Shown: positions 50,480-62,100 of the stretch, in pieces
Numbering within the stretch: the stretch's first letter is position 1
How the letters are laid out: each line of letters opens with the position of its first letter
DNA from: Azolla caroliniana
Taxonomy: Eukaryota; Plantae; Polypodiophyta
Length of the DNA stretch: 64,000 nucleotides
Direction: 5' to 3'
Assembly: GCA_043228905.1 (NCBI GenBank)
Contig: JBHGNT010000005.1
Coordinates: forward strand, 20,522,001-20,586,000
Notes under the pieces: model-generated
Databases searched by the model: none
What the model was told of the DNA's origin: nothing
The model's input: the letters and a program-made list of their open reading frames with translations, nothing else
Made by a program: the position numbers and the translations under genes

Positions 50480-53400
50480 CTAGTTGTCGAAATTCCGAAG
50501 CATAGACAAAAGTTGCACGCAAACCTTGTTCGAGTGCATAAAGCTTGGTGAGTGTTGTATATCACTGGTCCGCCTCTCCAAATGTGGCCTCTAACTCGGC
50601 GAGGAAGGCAGGAAAGTCCTCTAATAGAGGTGACGAAGTTTCCACTAAATGTGCAAACCAAGCTTGGGCCAGACCGGAGAGGAAGGTGCCCACAAGTCCA
50701 ACTTGTCGAAGACCATCAGCATAACGTTGAGGTTGTAGCCAAATGATTAGGCGAATTTGGTTGATGAACCCCCGGAAACGTGACCTCATTCCATCAAATC
50801 TTAGGCTCAAGAAAATGAGAAGAAGTTAGATTAGATGTTGGTAGAAGATTGGGCTTTGGGCTAGGTTGTGGTGGGATATTAGGCTCTATGGGTTGTGAGG
50901 ATAGGGAGGCACCGACTTGAAGTTCTCGTAATGAATTCCAAAGGGCTTCATTTTCAAGCTGGAGTTGTTGTAAGTCTATCGTTATCTGGCTTAAGTCACA
51001 AGCTGTGTCGGACATGGCTACGGCTAATGAGGAGAAGAGCTACGAGGATGGGAAGGTGAACAAACTGTCATGAGTGGAAGATATACACAAGAGAGTAGAA
51101 GATAATCAAAGAGATGAGTTGATTAATTGAAAGACTCCGTAACTGGTGTTGTTCACCTTGATTGTAATCTAGGTGAACACACATATTTATACAAGTTCTG
51201 AGATTGGATATCTCTAGAATATACCTAAGAAATATCTCTAAAATATACTCATCTAGAATATACCATAGAGCATTTCTAGAATATACTAGAAACACTAGAA
51301 TATTCTATATGCTAGACTATACAATATTAACCATATACTTTACATGTAACTTAAGGGTTTCCAAATGGTTTATCTAATTATACTAAGTATTGGGTGTGTT
51401 ATAGGTTAGAGGTTTGAGTCTATGACACCAGTCCTCCTTCACGTTGTCGCGGAGAAAACCGGCCTTAGGAGGAATCATGGAATTCGGCGCGTGAAACGGC
51501 ACTTATGCATGTGCACTCAAACCAACACACTGTACATAACTAGGAATAGGCCGGCGGGATGTGTATATCCTAGGGAGAATATATTAATAGGCTAGTAAAT
51601 CGAAGCGGATCTTTGTCCGGAGGGACAGAGAATAAAGATGATGTGACCCGGATGGAACCGAGCTCCCTCCTCCTCAATCGTTGTTTTCTACGGGTTTTTT
51701 GAGTTGGTTGCTTCTGCTTCGAGGAAAGCCCGTGTGCTTTCCGGCAAAGGCTCTAATGCGTGCGTGCGTGGGTGTGTGATTGTCTGGGTTGGGTCTCTCG
51801 CCGGCTATTCGACTGTAATCCTGCGAACACTGTAAACTTTACTGTTATTGGAATCGAATCTCCTATTTCCCTCTCTGTGTTTCTATGAGCCTCTCTTTTA
51901 CGCGAGTGTGCATCTTGTTTAGATACGCATTAGTGGTTCATTCAGTCGGCAAGCGTTGTCAGTTGCTAACGGCCCTAGCTGGCCCTACGCTTGCGCTCTT
52001 CTCCCGCTCCGCCTTCTTCTCTCTCTTGCTCCTTGGTTCAGGGCCCCCGCAGTCCCATCTTATTTCTATTAGGATTTCAGTCCCTCTGGATGGGATGATG
52101 AAGGCCCGGTGTGAACCGGATGTTGCACGCCCGGTGAGAACCTCTCACCGGATGAAGGGACACATGAAAATATGTTCCAGAGAGCCCATTGTGGCTATAT
52201 TTGTAAATAGCCCGAAAGTCATATTAGTATAAACGTGACATAGGGCAAACACTTGAGTGTGGTTAGTTGTTGTATAGAGTTATTTGGTGGAACTACTGGA
52301 TAGAGCGTAGCACACACAGAGAGAGAACGATACAGAGAGTGTGTCTTTGTTGTAATCGCCGCCAGGCGAAGGTTGAGAGCAAGAGGTCGTTGCCTTTGTG
52401 CTCCTTGTTGTATTTTCCTTGACATAGTGATAGTCTGGAGTCTGTGGGCTCCCGTGGTTTTTCGCTCACAGGGTTTTCCACGTTAACATATTGTGTACTC
52501 TCTCTCATATTGGCTGTGTATATGTGCATTTACCTTCATTGCCCATTTCTTCTGTGGTTGTGATTCTAACGAAGTGATTGAAGTATCGGTGGTGGCCGAG
52601 CATTATTCTGTATATTATTGTCAATCTGGTATCAGAGCGAAACGACACAGAAAGTGGAAGATTCGTTTGGAGGCATGTTCAAGCTCACCGGCTCCAACTA
52701 CTTAGTGTGGAAGTCGAAGATGAGGGACATGTTCATGGTTAAAGATCTCTGGTTGCCGGTTTAGTTCAGGGACAAGAGACCGAACAAGATTGACGCCACG
52801 GTGTGGGAGGTGATGCACATGAAGACAACAACTTACATCCGGTGCTTCATCGACATGAGCCTGTACAACAACTTCAATGAAGAGAGCAAGACTCATGAGC
52901 TCTGGGAGAAAATCGGCATAATGTTTCAATGAACAGAGCAAGGCTCATGAGCTCTAAGAGAAGATCGGCATTATGTTTTAGAACAAAAATGTTGTTAATC
53001 GGGTTTCGGTATTTCGGAAGCTAGTAAAGCTCCAGTACCAAGACGACTCTAGTATGGCGGAGCACATGAATGCCTTCCAGGGGCTGATTAACCAGGCAAC
53101 ATCGTTGGAAGTACCTCTTGCCGATGAGGTACTAGCACTGCTCCAGCTCGGTTCCCTCTCGGATAGCTGGGAGATGTTAGTTGTCACTTTGGGCAACGTC
53201 GAGACGGAAGGGAAACAGTTATCCCTGGCAAGAGTCAAGTCGAGCTTGCTAGATGAGGAGGCGCGTCGAAAAGACAAGGATACGAGCTCCGACTCCAAAG
53301 CGCTCCTTACCGAATGGGAACGCGGAAGACAAAGGAACCGGAGTCCCCAGAACTGGGAAAATGTCGGGAACTCAACACTCCTTTTGCAGAACGCTCGGCC

Positions 53401-53845
53401 ACAACCGAGCTTAGAATCATACACAGAAAACAGGAAACGAAAAAAAAACACGACACAAAGGAGAGAAAAGGTGCACAGGATGTTTACGTGGAAAACCCAA
53501 ACTAAGGGAAAAACCACGGCAGCCCACAGGCTACAAGCTATCACTATGTTGGAATGTACAAACAGTGAGTTCACGGAGGCAACGACCTCGTGCTCACGAT
53601 CTTCACCACAGGCGGCGGTTACAACAGAGGCAATGAGCTCTTTCTCTCTCTCTCTCTCTGTACACTGTTACGTGCTCTCTCTTCTTCTTCTTGCACCACC
53701 AAGAAAAAATGACAACAACCGTTACTAAAAGTTTGCCCTAAGTCATATTTATACTAATATGACTTTTCGGTTATTTACAAATATAGCCTCGATGGCCTCT
53801 CAGAAACATATTTACGAATATGTCTCTTCGTCCGGTGAGCATTCC

Positions 53846-54114
53846 TCACCGGGTCAGCACCATCCGGCTCTCCGTAGCCGGGTACTTCTCATCCGGTTCT
53901 CACCGGGTCTGCACCATCCGGCTCTTCGTAGCTAGGTACTCCTCATCCGGATCTCACCGGGTCAGCACCATCCGGCTCTCCGTAGCCGGGTACTCCTCAT
54001 CCGGATCTCACCGGGTCAGCACCATCCGGCTCTCCGTAGCCGGGTACTCCTCATCCGGATCTCACCGGGTCTGCACCATCCGGCTCTCCGTAGCCGGGTA
54101 CTTCTCATCCGGTT
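53846..54114. repeat. 54-bp tandem repeat x5 in U3 of Copia B 3' LTR
   Basis: ctcaccgggtcagcaccatccggctctccgtagccgggtactcctcatccggat. Confidence 0.92.
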
Positions 54115-57100
54115 TGTTTATCGGCACTGTTGTTCTCTCTTCCCATTCGGAGGGACCTGTCTCCCAACAAACTCCCCCTTCACTCCGGCATGGGGTGTCT
54201 TCCCAGTCCGATCCGCTTCCGGCATACACCCAACTTGTCGGGTATCAGAACTTTGGTCAGCATATCAGACCCGTTCTCGGCCGTGTGGATCTTCGACAGT
54301 GCGAACTCCTGGTCATCTACTCTTTCCCGGATCCAGTGATACCTTCACTGGATATGGTTCGTCCGGGAATGGTAGCCCACATTCCTCGCAAGGTGGATGG
54401 CACTTTGATTGTCGCAATAGAGTCGGTATTCATCTTGTTGCATACCGAGCTCTCCGATGAAGTCCTTCATCCATAATATTTCCTTGCCGGCTTCCAAAGC
54501 CGCCATGTACTCCGCCTCCGTGGTTGACAATGCAACTGTCTTCTGCAGCCTCGACTGCCACGAAACAGCTCCCCCTGCATATGTCATTACATACCCGGAT
54601 GTAGACCGGCTAGTATCCACATCAACCGACATGTCCGAATCGGTAAAACCGTCAAGTTGAGGTTTTCCGGAGCCGAATCGGAGACACATATTTGAAGTGC
54701 CCTTCAAATACCAGAGTATCCATTTGACCGCGTTCCAGTGCTCCTTGCCGGGATTGCTCATGAACCGGCTCACCACTCCGACTGCGTATCCTATATCCGG
54801 TCGGGTACACACCATTGCGTACATCAAGCTCCCGACGACAGAGGCATATGGAATCTTCATCATATCCGCCTTCTCTGCTTTCGTCTTCGGGCTTTGCTTA
54901 CCGGATAGCCTGCAGTTTGCCGGAAGTGTCGATCCGACCGGTTTCGCTTCTGACATGTTGAACCGGTGAAGCACCTTTGTCACATACTTCTCCTATGACG
55001 GCCATAATTGCTTCTTTAACCGGTCCCGAATGATGTGCATCCCTAGCATCTGTCTTGTCGGACCCAAGTCTTTCCTTTAGAAGGTCCGGTTGAGAGCTTC
55101 TTCAGCATCCGTATTTTGACTTGGTCACGTTCGACGATCAACATGTCATCCACGTACAGAAGGAGTATCAGGAAGTCGCCTCCTTCGAAGTTCTTCACCA
55201 ACACACAGTGATCGGCCTGCGTCTTGTGGTACCCTTGATCGATCATGAAGGAATCGAACTTCCGGTACCATTGTCGGGGAGCCTGCTTTAGTCCGTACAA
55301 GCTCTTCTTCAGCCGGCATACCAGGTGCTCCTTCTCTTTCTCCACAAATCCCTCCGGTTGCTGCATGTAGATCTCTTCTTCGAGGTCGCCGTGAAGGAAT
55401 GCCATCTTCACGTCGAGCTGCTCTACCTCAAGGTCCATGCTTGCCGCTATACTCAGCACCGTCCGGATGGAGGTCATCTTTACAACCGTGGCAAATATCT
55501 CGTCGAAGTCCACGCCCTTCTTCTGCTGGAACCCCTTCACCACGATCCTGGCTTTGTATCTCGGGGGGTTGTCGGCATCTCCCGGTTTCAACTTGTACAC
55601 CCACTTGTTTCGGAGTGCCCGTTTTCCTTTCGGCAACTCCACTAATTCGTACGTATGGTTCTCATGCAGGGAATCCATCTCATCCTGCATGGCACTTAAC
55701 CATTTGCGGCTATGGGTGTCATCCTTCGCTTCTTCGAAGCTTTCCGGCTCCCCCTCATCGGTCAGCAGCACATGCTCTCCATCCGGAAATCTCCGGGGGG
55801 GCCTTCTCTCTCTGAGAGGATATCTCCGTCTTTGGGCTTCGGTAGCCGGCTCCTCCATTTGCTCTTCATCCAAATCTGATTCGGGGTCTAGGCTGGTTCC
55901 GGTTTTAACTTCCTCTACTTCTTCTTCAGCCTGTTCGGTATCCTCACCGTAACCGGCTGGTCCCTCGAGTGCTAACCGGTCTCTTGCCGGTTGGGTCTGC
56001 TCATCGTAGGGTCGATCCTTACCGGTTGACTCGGAGTTCATTATCTTCTTCTCCGACTCCCAGTTGGCGAGCGTCTTGTCCTCCATGAAGATAATATCTC
56101 GACTCCGGAATACCTTCTTGTTGACCAGGTCCCACACTCGGTAACCGAACTCATCATCACCGTAACCGAGGAATATGCATGGCCGGGTCTTTGGATCTAA
56201 CTTTCCTCTCCGTTCCTTAGCTACATGCACGTACGCGAGACACCCGAATACCTTCAGATGCCGGTAGGACACTTCCTTACCGGTCCAGACTCTCTGTGGC
56301 GTGTCTCCGTCCAAGGGTACTAAGGGTGATCTATTTATCATGTATGTCGCTGTCGACAGTGCCTCAGCCCAAAACTTCTTGGGTAGTTTTGCATGCGCTA
56401 GCATACTCCGGACCCTCTCCATTATGGTCCGGTTCATCCTCTCGGCCAATCCGTTTAGTTCCGGCGTCTTCGGCACGGTAAATTCGAGCCGGATTCCCTT
56501 CGAGCGGCAGTACTCCTCGAACTGCCCCCGGTATTCCCTCCGTTATTTGCTCGAACCGCCTTCAGCTTCCGGCCGGTTTCTCTTTCCACTCTCGCGTGGA
56601 TCTCTTTGAAGACGGATAGCACTTGATCCTTCGTCTTCAACGGTGTGGCCCACAACTTCCGGCTGTGGTCATCTATGAACGTCACGAAGTACTGCGCTCC
56701 GGCATGTGACTTCGTGTCTAATTGACACACATCCGTATGCACCAACTCCAGTGGTGCATTACGTCTCATCGGTGGCCTTGGTCGGAAGGAGGTCCGGTTT
56801 TGTTTACCGGCCAAACAATCAGTGCACTTCTCCAAGTGCACGTTCTTCACTGGAATGAGGTTGTCGTCTGCGAGCCTCTTCATCCCCTTCTTGCTCATAT
56901 GACACAGTCTCTTGTGCCACAGCTCACCGGCAGTGTCGGATGCCACGTTCACCTCTTCCGGACATAACCGAGCATTCATCAGGTACAGTGTGTTGACCTT
57001 CCGGGCCCGAGCCACAATCAAGCTCCCTTTTTTGAACTTCATGACACCGTTCCGGATGCTACCCGTGTAGCCTTCATCATCTAGCCGACCGGCTGATATC

Positions 57101-58525
57101 AGGTTCAGACGAACCTCCGGAACGTGTTGAACATCCTTCAGCAACAACTTGCATCCGGTTGGTGTTGACAGCCACACGTCTCCTATGCCGATAATTCGGC
57201 ATGTACCTTCATTCCCCATCTGGACACAGCCGTGATCACCGGCTGAGTAGGATGAGAAGCATTTTCGGTCCGGGGTAAGGTGGAACGATGCTCCGGAGTC
57301 TACCACCCAGGTCATCTCGTCGCCGGCAAGGTTTATCTCACTCTCCTCGGTGATGAGCATCAACTCTTCTTCACTTGCCACGATTGTCGTCGTTCCCTTC
57401 CGGTCCGTTCCCCTCCGGTCTTTACCGTTCCGGTCCGGGGTCCGCTTCGAATCGGTACCGTCGGTTTCCTTGTCTTTACGGAAATGCCGACAGTTCTTTT
57501 GGAAGTGTCCCGGCTTGCCGCAATAGAAGCAAGTGGGCCTCCCCCTTGACTTTGACCGTGTCCCTGACTTCTCCCGGTTCTGGGGACTACGGTTTCTATG
57601 TCTTCCGCGTTCCAATTCGGTAAGGAGCGCTTTGGAGTCGGAGCTCGTATCTTTATCTTTCCGACGCGCCTCCTCATCTAGCAAGCTTGACTTTACTCTT
57701 GCTAGGGATAACCGCTTTCCTTCCGGCCGGGCGTTGCCCAAAGTGACAACCAATGTCTCCCAACTATCTGGGAGGGAACCGAGCAGGAGTAGCGCTAGTA
57801 CCTCATCGGCGAGAGGTACTTCCAATGAAGTTGCCTGGTGGATCAGCCCCTAGAAGGCATTCATGTGCTCCGCCATGCTGGAGCCATCTTGGTACCGGAG
57901 TCTTACTAGCTTCCGGAATACCGAAACCTGATTAACAGCATTTTTGTTTTGAAACATTATGCCGATTTTCTCCCAGAGCTCATGAGTCTTGCTCTCTTCA
58001 TTGAAGTTGTTGTACAGGCTCATGTCGATGAAGCACCGTATGTACGCCGTTGTCTTCATGTGCATCACCTCCCATATCGCGGCGTCGATTTTGTCCGGTC
58101 TCTTGTCCCCGAACTGAACCGGCAGCCAGAGGTCTTTAACCACGAGCATGTCCCTCATCTTCGACTTCCACATTGAATAGTTGGAGCCGGTGAGCTTGAA
58201 CATGCTGCCAAACGATTCATCCATTTCTGTGTCGTTTTGCTCTGATACCACTTGTCGGGAACTCAACGCTCCTTTTGCAGAACGCTCGGCCACAACGGAG
58301 CTTAGAATCATACACAGAGAACAGGAAACGAAAAAAAAACATGACACAAAGGAGAGAAAAGGTGCACAGGATGTTTACGTGGAAAACCCAAACTAAAGGA
58401 AAAACCACGGCAACCCACAGGCTGCAAACTATCACTATGTTGGAATGTACAAACAATGAGTTCACGGAGGCAACGACCTCGTGCTCACGATTTTCGCCAC
58501 AAGCGGCGGTTACAACAGAGGCAAC

Positions 58526-58563
<38 letters not shown>

Positions 58564-58745
58564 CACTATTACGTGCTCTCTCTTCTTCTTCTTGCACCAC
58601 CAAGAAAAAATGACAACAACCGTTACTATAAGTTTGCCCTAAGTCATATTTATACTAATATGACTTTTCGGTTATTTACAAATATAGCCTCGATGGCCTC
58701 TCAGAAACATATTTACGAATATGTCTCTTCGTCCGGTGAGCATTC

Positions 58746-59177
58746 CTCACCAGGTCAGCACCATCCGGCTCTCCGTAGCCGGGTACTTCTCATCCGGTTC
58801 TCACCAGGTCAGCATCATCCGGCTCTCCGTAGCCGGGTACTTCTCATCCGGTTCTCACCGGGTCAGCACCATCCGACTCTCCGTAGCCGGGTACTCCTCA
58901 TCCGGATCTCACCGGGTCAGCACCATCCGGCTCTCCGTAGCCGGGTACTCCTCATCCGGATCTCACCGGGTCAGCACCATCCGACTCTCCGTAGCCGGGT
59001 ACTCCTCATCCGGATCTCACCGGGTCTGCACCATCCGGCTCTCCGTAGCCGGGTACTCCTCATCCGAATCTCACCGGGTCTGCACCATTCAGCTCTCCGT
59101 AGCCGGGTACTCCTCATCCGGATCTCACCGGGTCTGCACCATCCGGCTCTCCGTAGCCAGGTACTTCTCATCTGGTT
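58746..59177. repeat. 54-bp tandem repeat x8 in U3 of Copia B 5' LTR
   Basis: Same unit, 8 copies. Confidence 0.92.
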
Positions 59178-62100
59178 TGTTTATCGGCACTGTTCTTCTC
59201 TCTTCCCATCTGGAGGGACCTGTCTCCCAACAGAAAAGTTGGGGACACGGTCAAAGTCAAGGGGAAGGCCCACTTGCTTCTATTGTGGGAAGCCGGGGCA
59301 CTTCTAGAAGAACTGTCGGCATTTCCGGAAAGAGAAGGAAACCTACAGTATTGATTCAAAGCGGTCACCGGACCGGAAGGGTAAAGACCGGAGGGGACCG
59401 AACCGGAAGGGAACGACGGCAATTGCGGCAAGTGAAGAAGAGTTGATGCTCGTCACCGAGGAGAGTGAGTTGAACCTTGTCGGCGATGAGACAACATCGG
59501 TTGTCAAATCCGGAGCGTTGTTCCACCTGACCCCGGACCGGAAATGCTTCTCATCCTACACAACCGGTGAGCACGACTGTGTCCGGATGGGGAATGAAGG
59601 TACATGCCGAATTGTCGGCATAGGAGACATGTGGCTAACAACACCAACCAGATGCAAGTTGTTGCCGAAGGATGTTCAACACATTCCAGAGGTTCAACTG
59701 AACCTGATATCAACCGATCGGCTAGATGATGAAGGCTACACGGGTAGCATCCGGAACGGTGTCATGAAATTCAGCAAAGGGAGCCTGATAGTGGCTCGGG
59801 CCCGGAAAGTCAACACGATGTACCTGATGAATGCCCGGTTATGCCCGGTTATGCTCGGAAGAAGTGAACGTGGCATCCGACACTGTCGGTGAGTTGTGGC
59901 ATAAAAGATTGTGTCACATGAGTGAGAAGGGAATGAGGAGGCTTGCCGATGACAACCTCATTCCGGTGAAGGACATGCATGTTGAGAGGTGCATTGACTG
60001 CCTGGCCGGTAAACAAAACCGGACATCCTTTCGATCAAGACCACCGATGAGACGGAATGCACCACTGGAGCTTATGCATACCGATGTGTGTCAAGTGGAC
60101 ACGAAGTCACATGACGGATCGCAGTACTTCGTGACGTTCATAGACGACCACAACCGGAAGCTATGGGCACACCGCTGGAGACAAAGGATCAAGTGTTATC
60201 CATCTTCAAGGAGCTCCACGCGAGAGTGGAAAGAGAAACCGGCCGGAAGCTGAAGACGGTTGGAGCAGATAACAGAGGAGAATATCGGGGGCAGTTCAAG
60301 GAGTATTGCCGCTCTAAGGGAATCCGGCTCGAATTTACCGTGCCGAAGACGCCGGAACTAAATGGGATGGCCGAGACAATGAACCGGACTATAATGGAGA
60401 GGGTCCCGAGAATGTTGGCACATGCCAAGTTACCCAAGACGTTTTGGGTTGAGGCGCTGATGACAGCGACGTACGTGATAAACATATCACCCTCAGTACC
60501 CTTGGACGGAGACATGTCGCAGACGGTGTGGACCGGTAAGGAAGTGTCTTACCGACATCTGAAGGTGTTCGGGTGTCTCGCTTATGTGCATGTGGCAAAG
60601 GACCGGTGAGCAAAGTTGGATCCAAAGTCCTGACCTTGCATATTCCTTGGATACGGCGATGATGAGTTCGGCTACCGAGTCGAGATATTAGCTTCATGGA
60701 GGACAAGACCCTTCCCGATTGGGAGTTGGAGAAGAAGATAATGAACTCTGAGTCAACTGGTAAGGATCGAACCGATAAGATTCGAACCTACCCGGCTAAG
60801 AGCCGGTTGACACTCGAAGAACCGGCTGGTTATGGTGAGGATACCAAACCGGCAGAAGAAGGAGAGGAAGCTGAAACCGGAACCGGACAAGACCCCGAAT
60901 CGGATTTAGATGAAGAATAGACACAAGAGCTAGTTACCGAAAACCGAGGACGAAGATATCCTCTCCGGGAAAGAAGTGCCCCTCGGAGATTTCCGGATGC
61001 AGAACGCGTGTTGTTGACCGATGAGGGGGAGCCGAAAAGCTTTGAAGAAACGAAGGATGACACCCATAGCCGCAAGTGGTTGAGTGCCATGTAGGACGAG
61101 ATGGATTCCCTGCATGAGAACCACACATATGAATTGGTGGAGTTGCCGAAAGGAAAACGGGCACTCTAGAATAAGTGGGTGTACAAGCTGAAACCGGGAG
61201 ATGCTAGAAACCCCCCAAGATACAAAGCCAGGATCGTGGTGAAGGGGTTCCAGCAGAAGAAGGGCGTGGACTTTGACGAGATATTTGCCCCAGTAGTAAA
61301 GATGACCTCCATCCGAACGGTGTTGAGCATAGCGGCAAACACAGACCTCGAGGTAGAGCAGTTAGACGTGAAGACGGTGTTCCTCCACGGCGACCTCAAA
61401 GAGGAGATCTACATGCAGCAACCGGAGGGATTTGTGAAGAAAGGGAAGGAGCACCTGGTCTGTCGGTTGAAGAAGAGCCTCTACGGTTTGAAGCAGGCTC
61501 CCCAGCAATGGTACCGGAAGTTCGACTCCTTCATGACAGATCAAGGATACCACAAGACACAGGCTGACCACTACATGTTTGTGAAGAAGTTTGAAGGTGG
61601 AGACTTCCTGATACTCCTCCTGTACGTGGATGACATGTTGATCGTCGGACGAGACCAAGTCAAGATACGAACGCTGAAGAAGGCTCTGAACTGGACCTTC
61701 TCAATGAAAGACTTGGGTCCGACAAGACAGATACTGGGGATGCACATCATCTGGGACCGGTCAAAGAAGCAATTGTGGCTGTCATAGGAGAAGTACATGA
61801 CAAAGGTGCTTCAGCGGTTCAACATGTCAGATGCAAAACTGGTCGTATCGACACTCCCGGCAAACTGCAGGTTATCCGGTAAGCAAAGCCCGAAGACGAA
61901 GGCAGAGAAGGCGGATATGATGAAGATACCATATGCCTCTGGGGTCGGGAGCTTAATGTACGCAATGGTGTGTACCCGACCGGATATCGGATACACACGC
62001 GGAGTGGTGGGCCGGTTTATGAGCAATCCCGGCAAGGAGCACTGGAATGCAGTAAAATGGATACTCCGATACTTGAAAGGCACCTCAAGTATGTGTCTCC

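Larger units (their letters stand above)
46373..51427 (-). mobile_element. Tcn1/Tf1-like chromovirus D nested in C; LTRs 46373-46732 and 51066-51427
   Basis: TSD CCAGT (46368-46372, 51428-51432); PPT 46733-46746; RT, RH, IN and chromodomain (YLVLWKGYPLSDATWEP). Rest of gag, PR and RT start deleted. Confidence 0.92.
43323..51444 (+). mobile_element. Tcn1/Tf1-like chromovirus C: 5' LTR 43323-43738, gag-PR-RT to 46372, resumes 51433-51444, then interrupted again
   Basis: gag LPDKFDG, knuckle remnant LCLYC, PR LLDSGAT, RT MPFGLTNAP/YLDDILV. Reading frame WAPV|LLHV is continuous across element D. Confidence 0.88.
53362..59232 (-). mobile_element. Young full-length Copia B (same family as A) inserted antisense in gag of A; LTRs 53362-54169 and 58253-59232
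   Basis: TSD GAAAA (53357-53361, 59233-59237); PBS 58239-58250; PPT 54170-54186. gag-pol ~58224-54180 with few lesions (CFYCGKPGHFQKNC, WVVDSGAS, YVDDML, STTEAEY). Confidence 0.95.

Noticed and set aside
58456-59446. ORFs with 18-aa repeats (SSGSHRVSTIRLSVAGYS), also at 53820-54476
   Set aside because: Translation of the 54-bp LTR array, antisense to the element.
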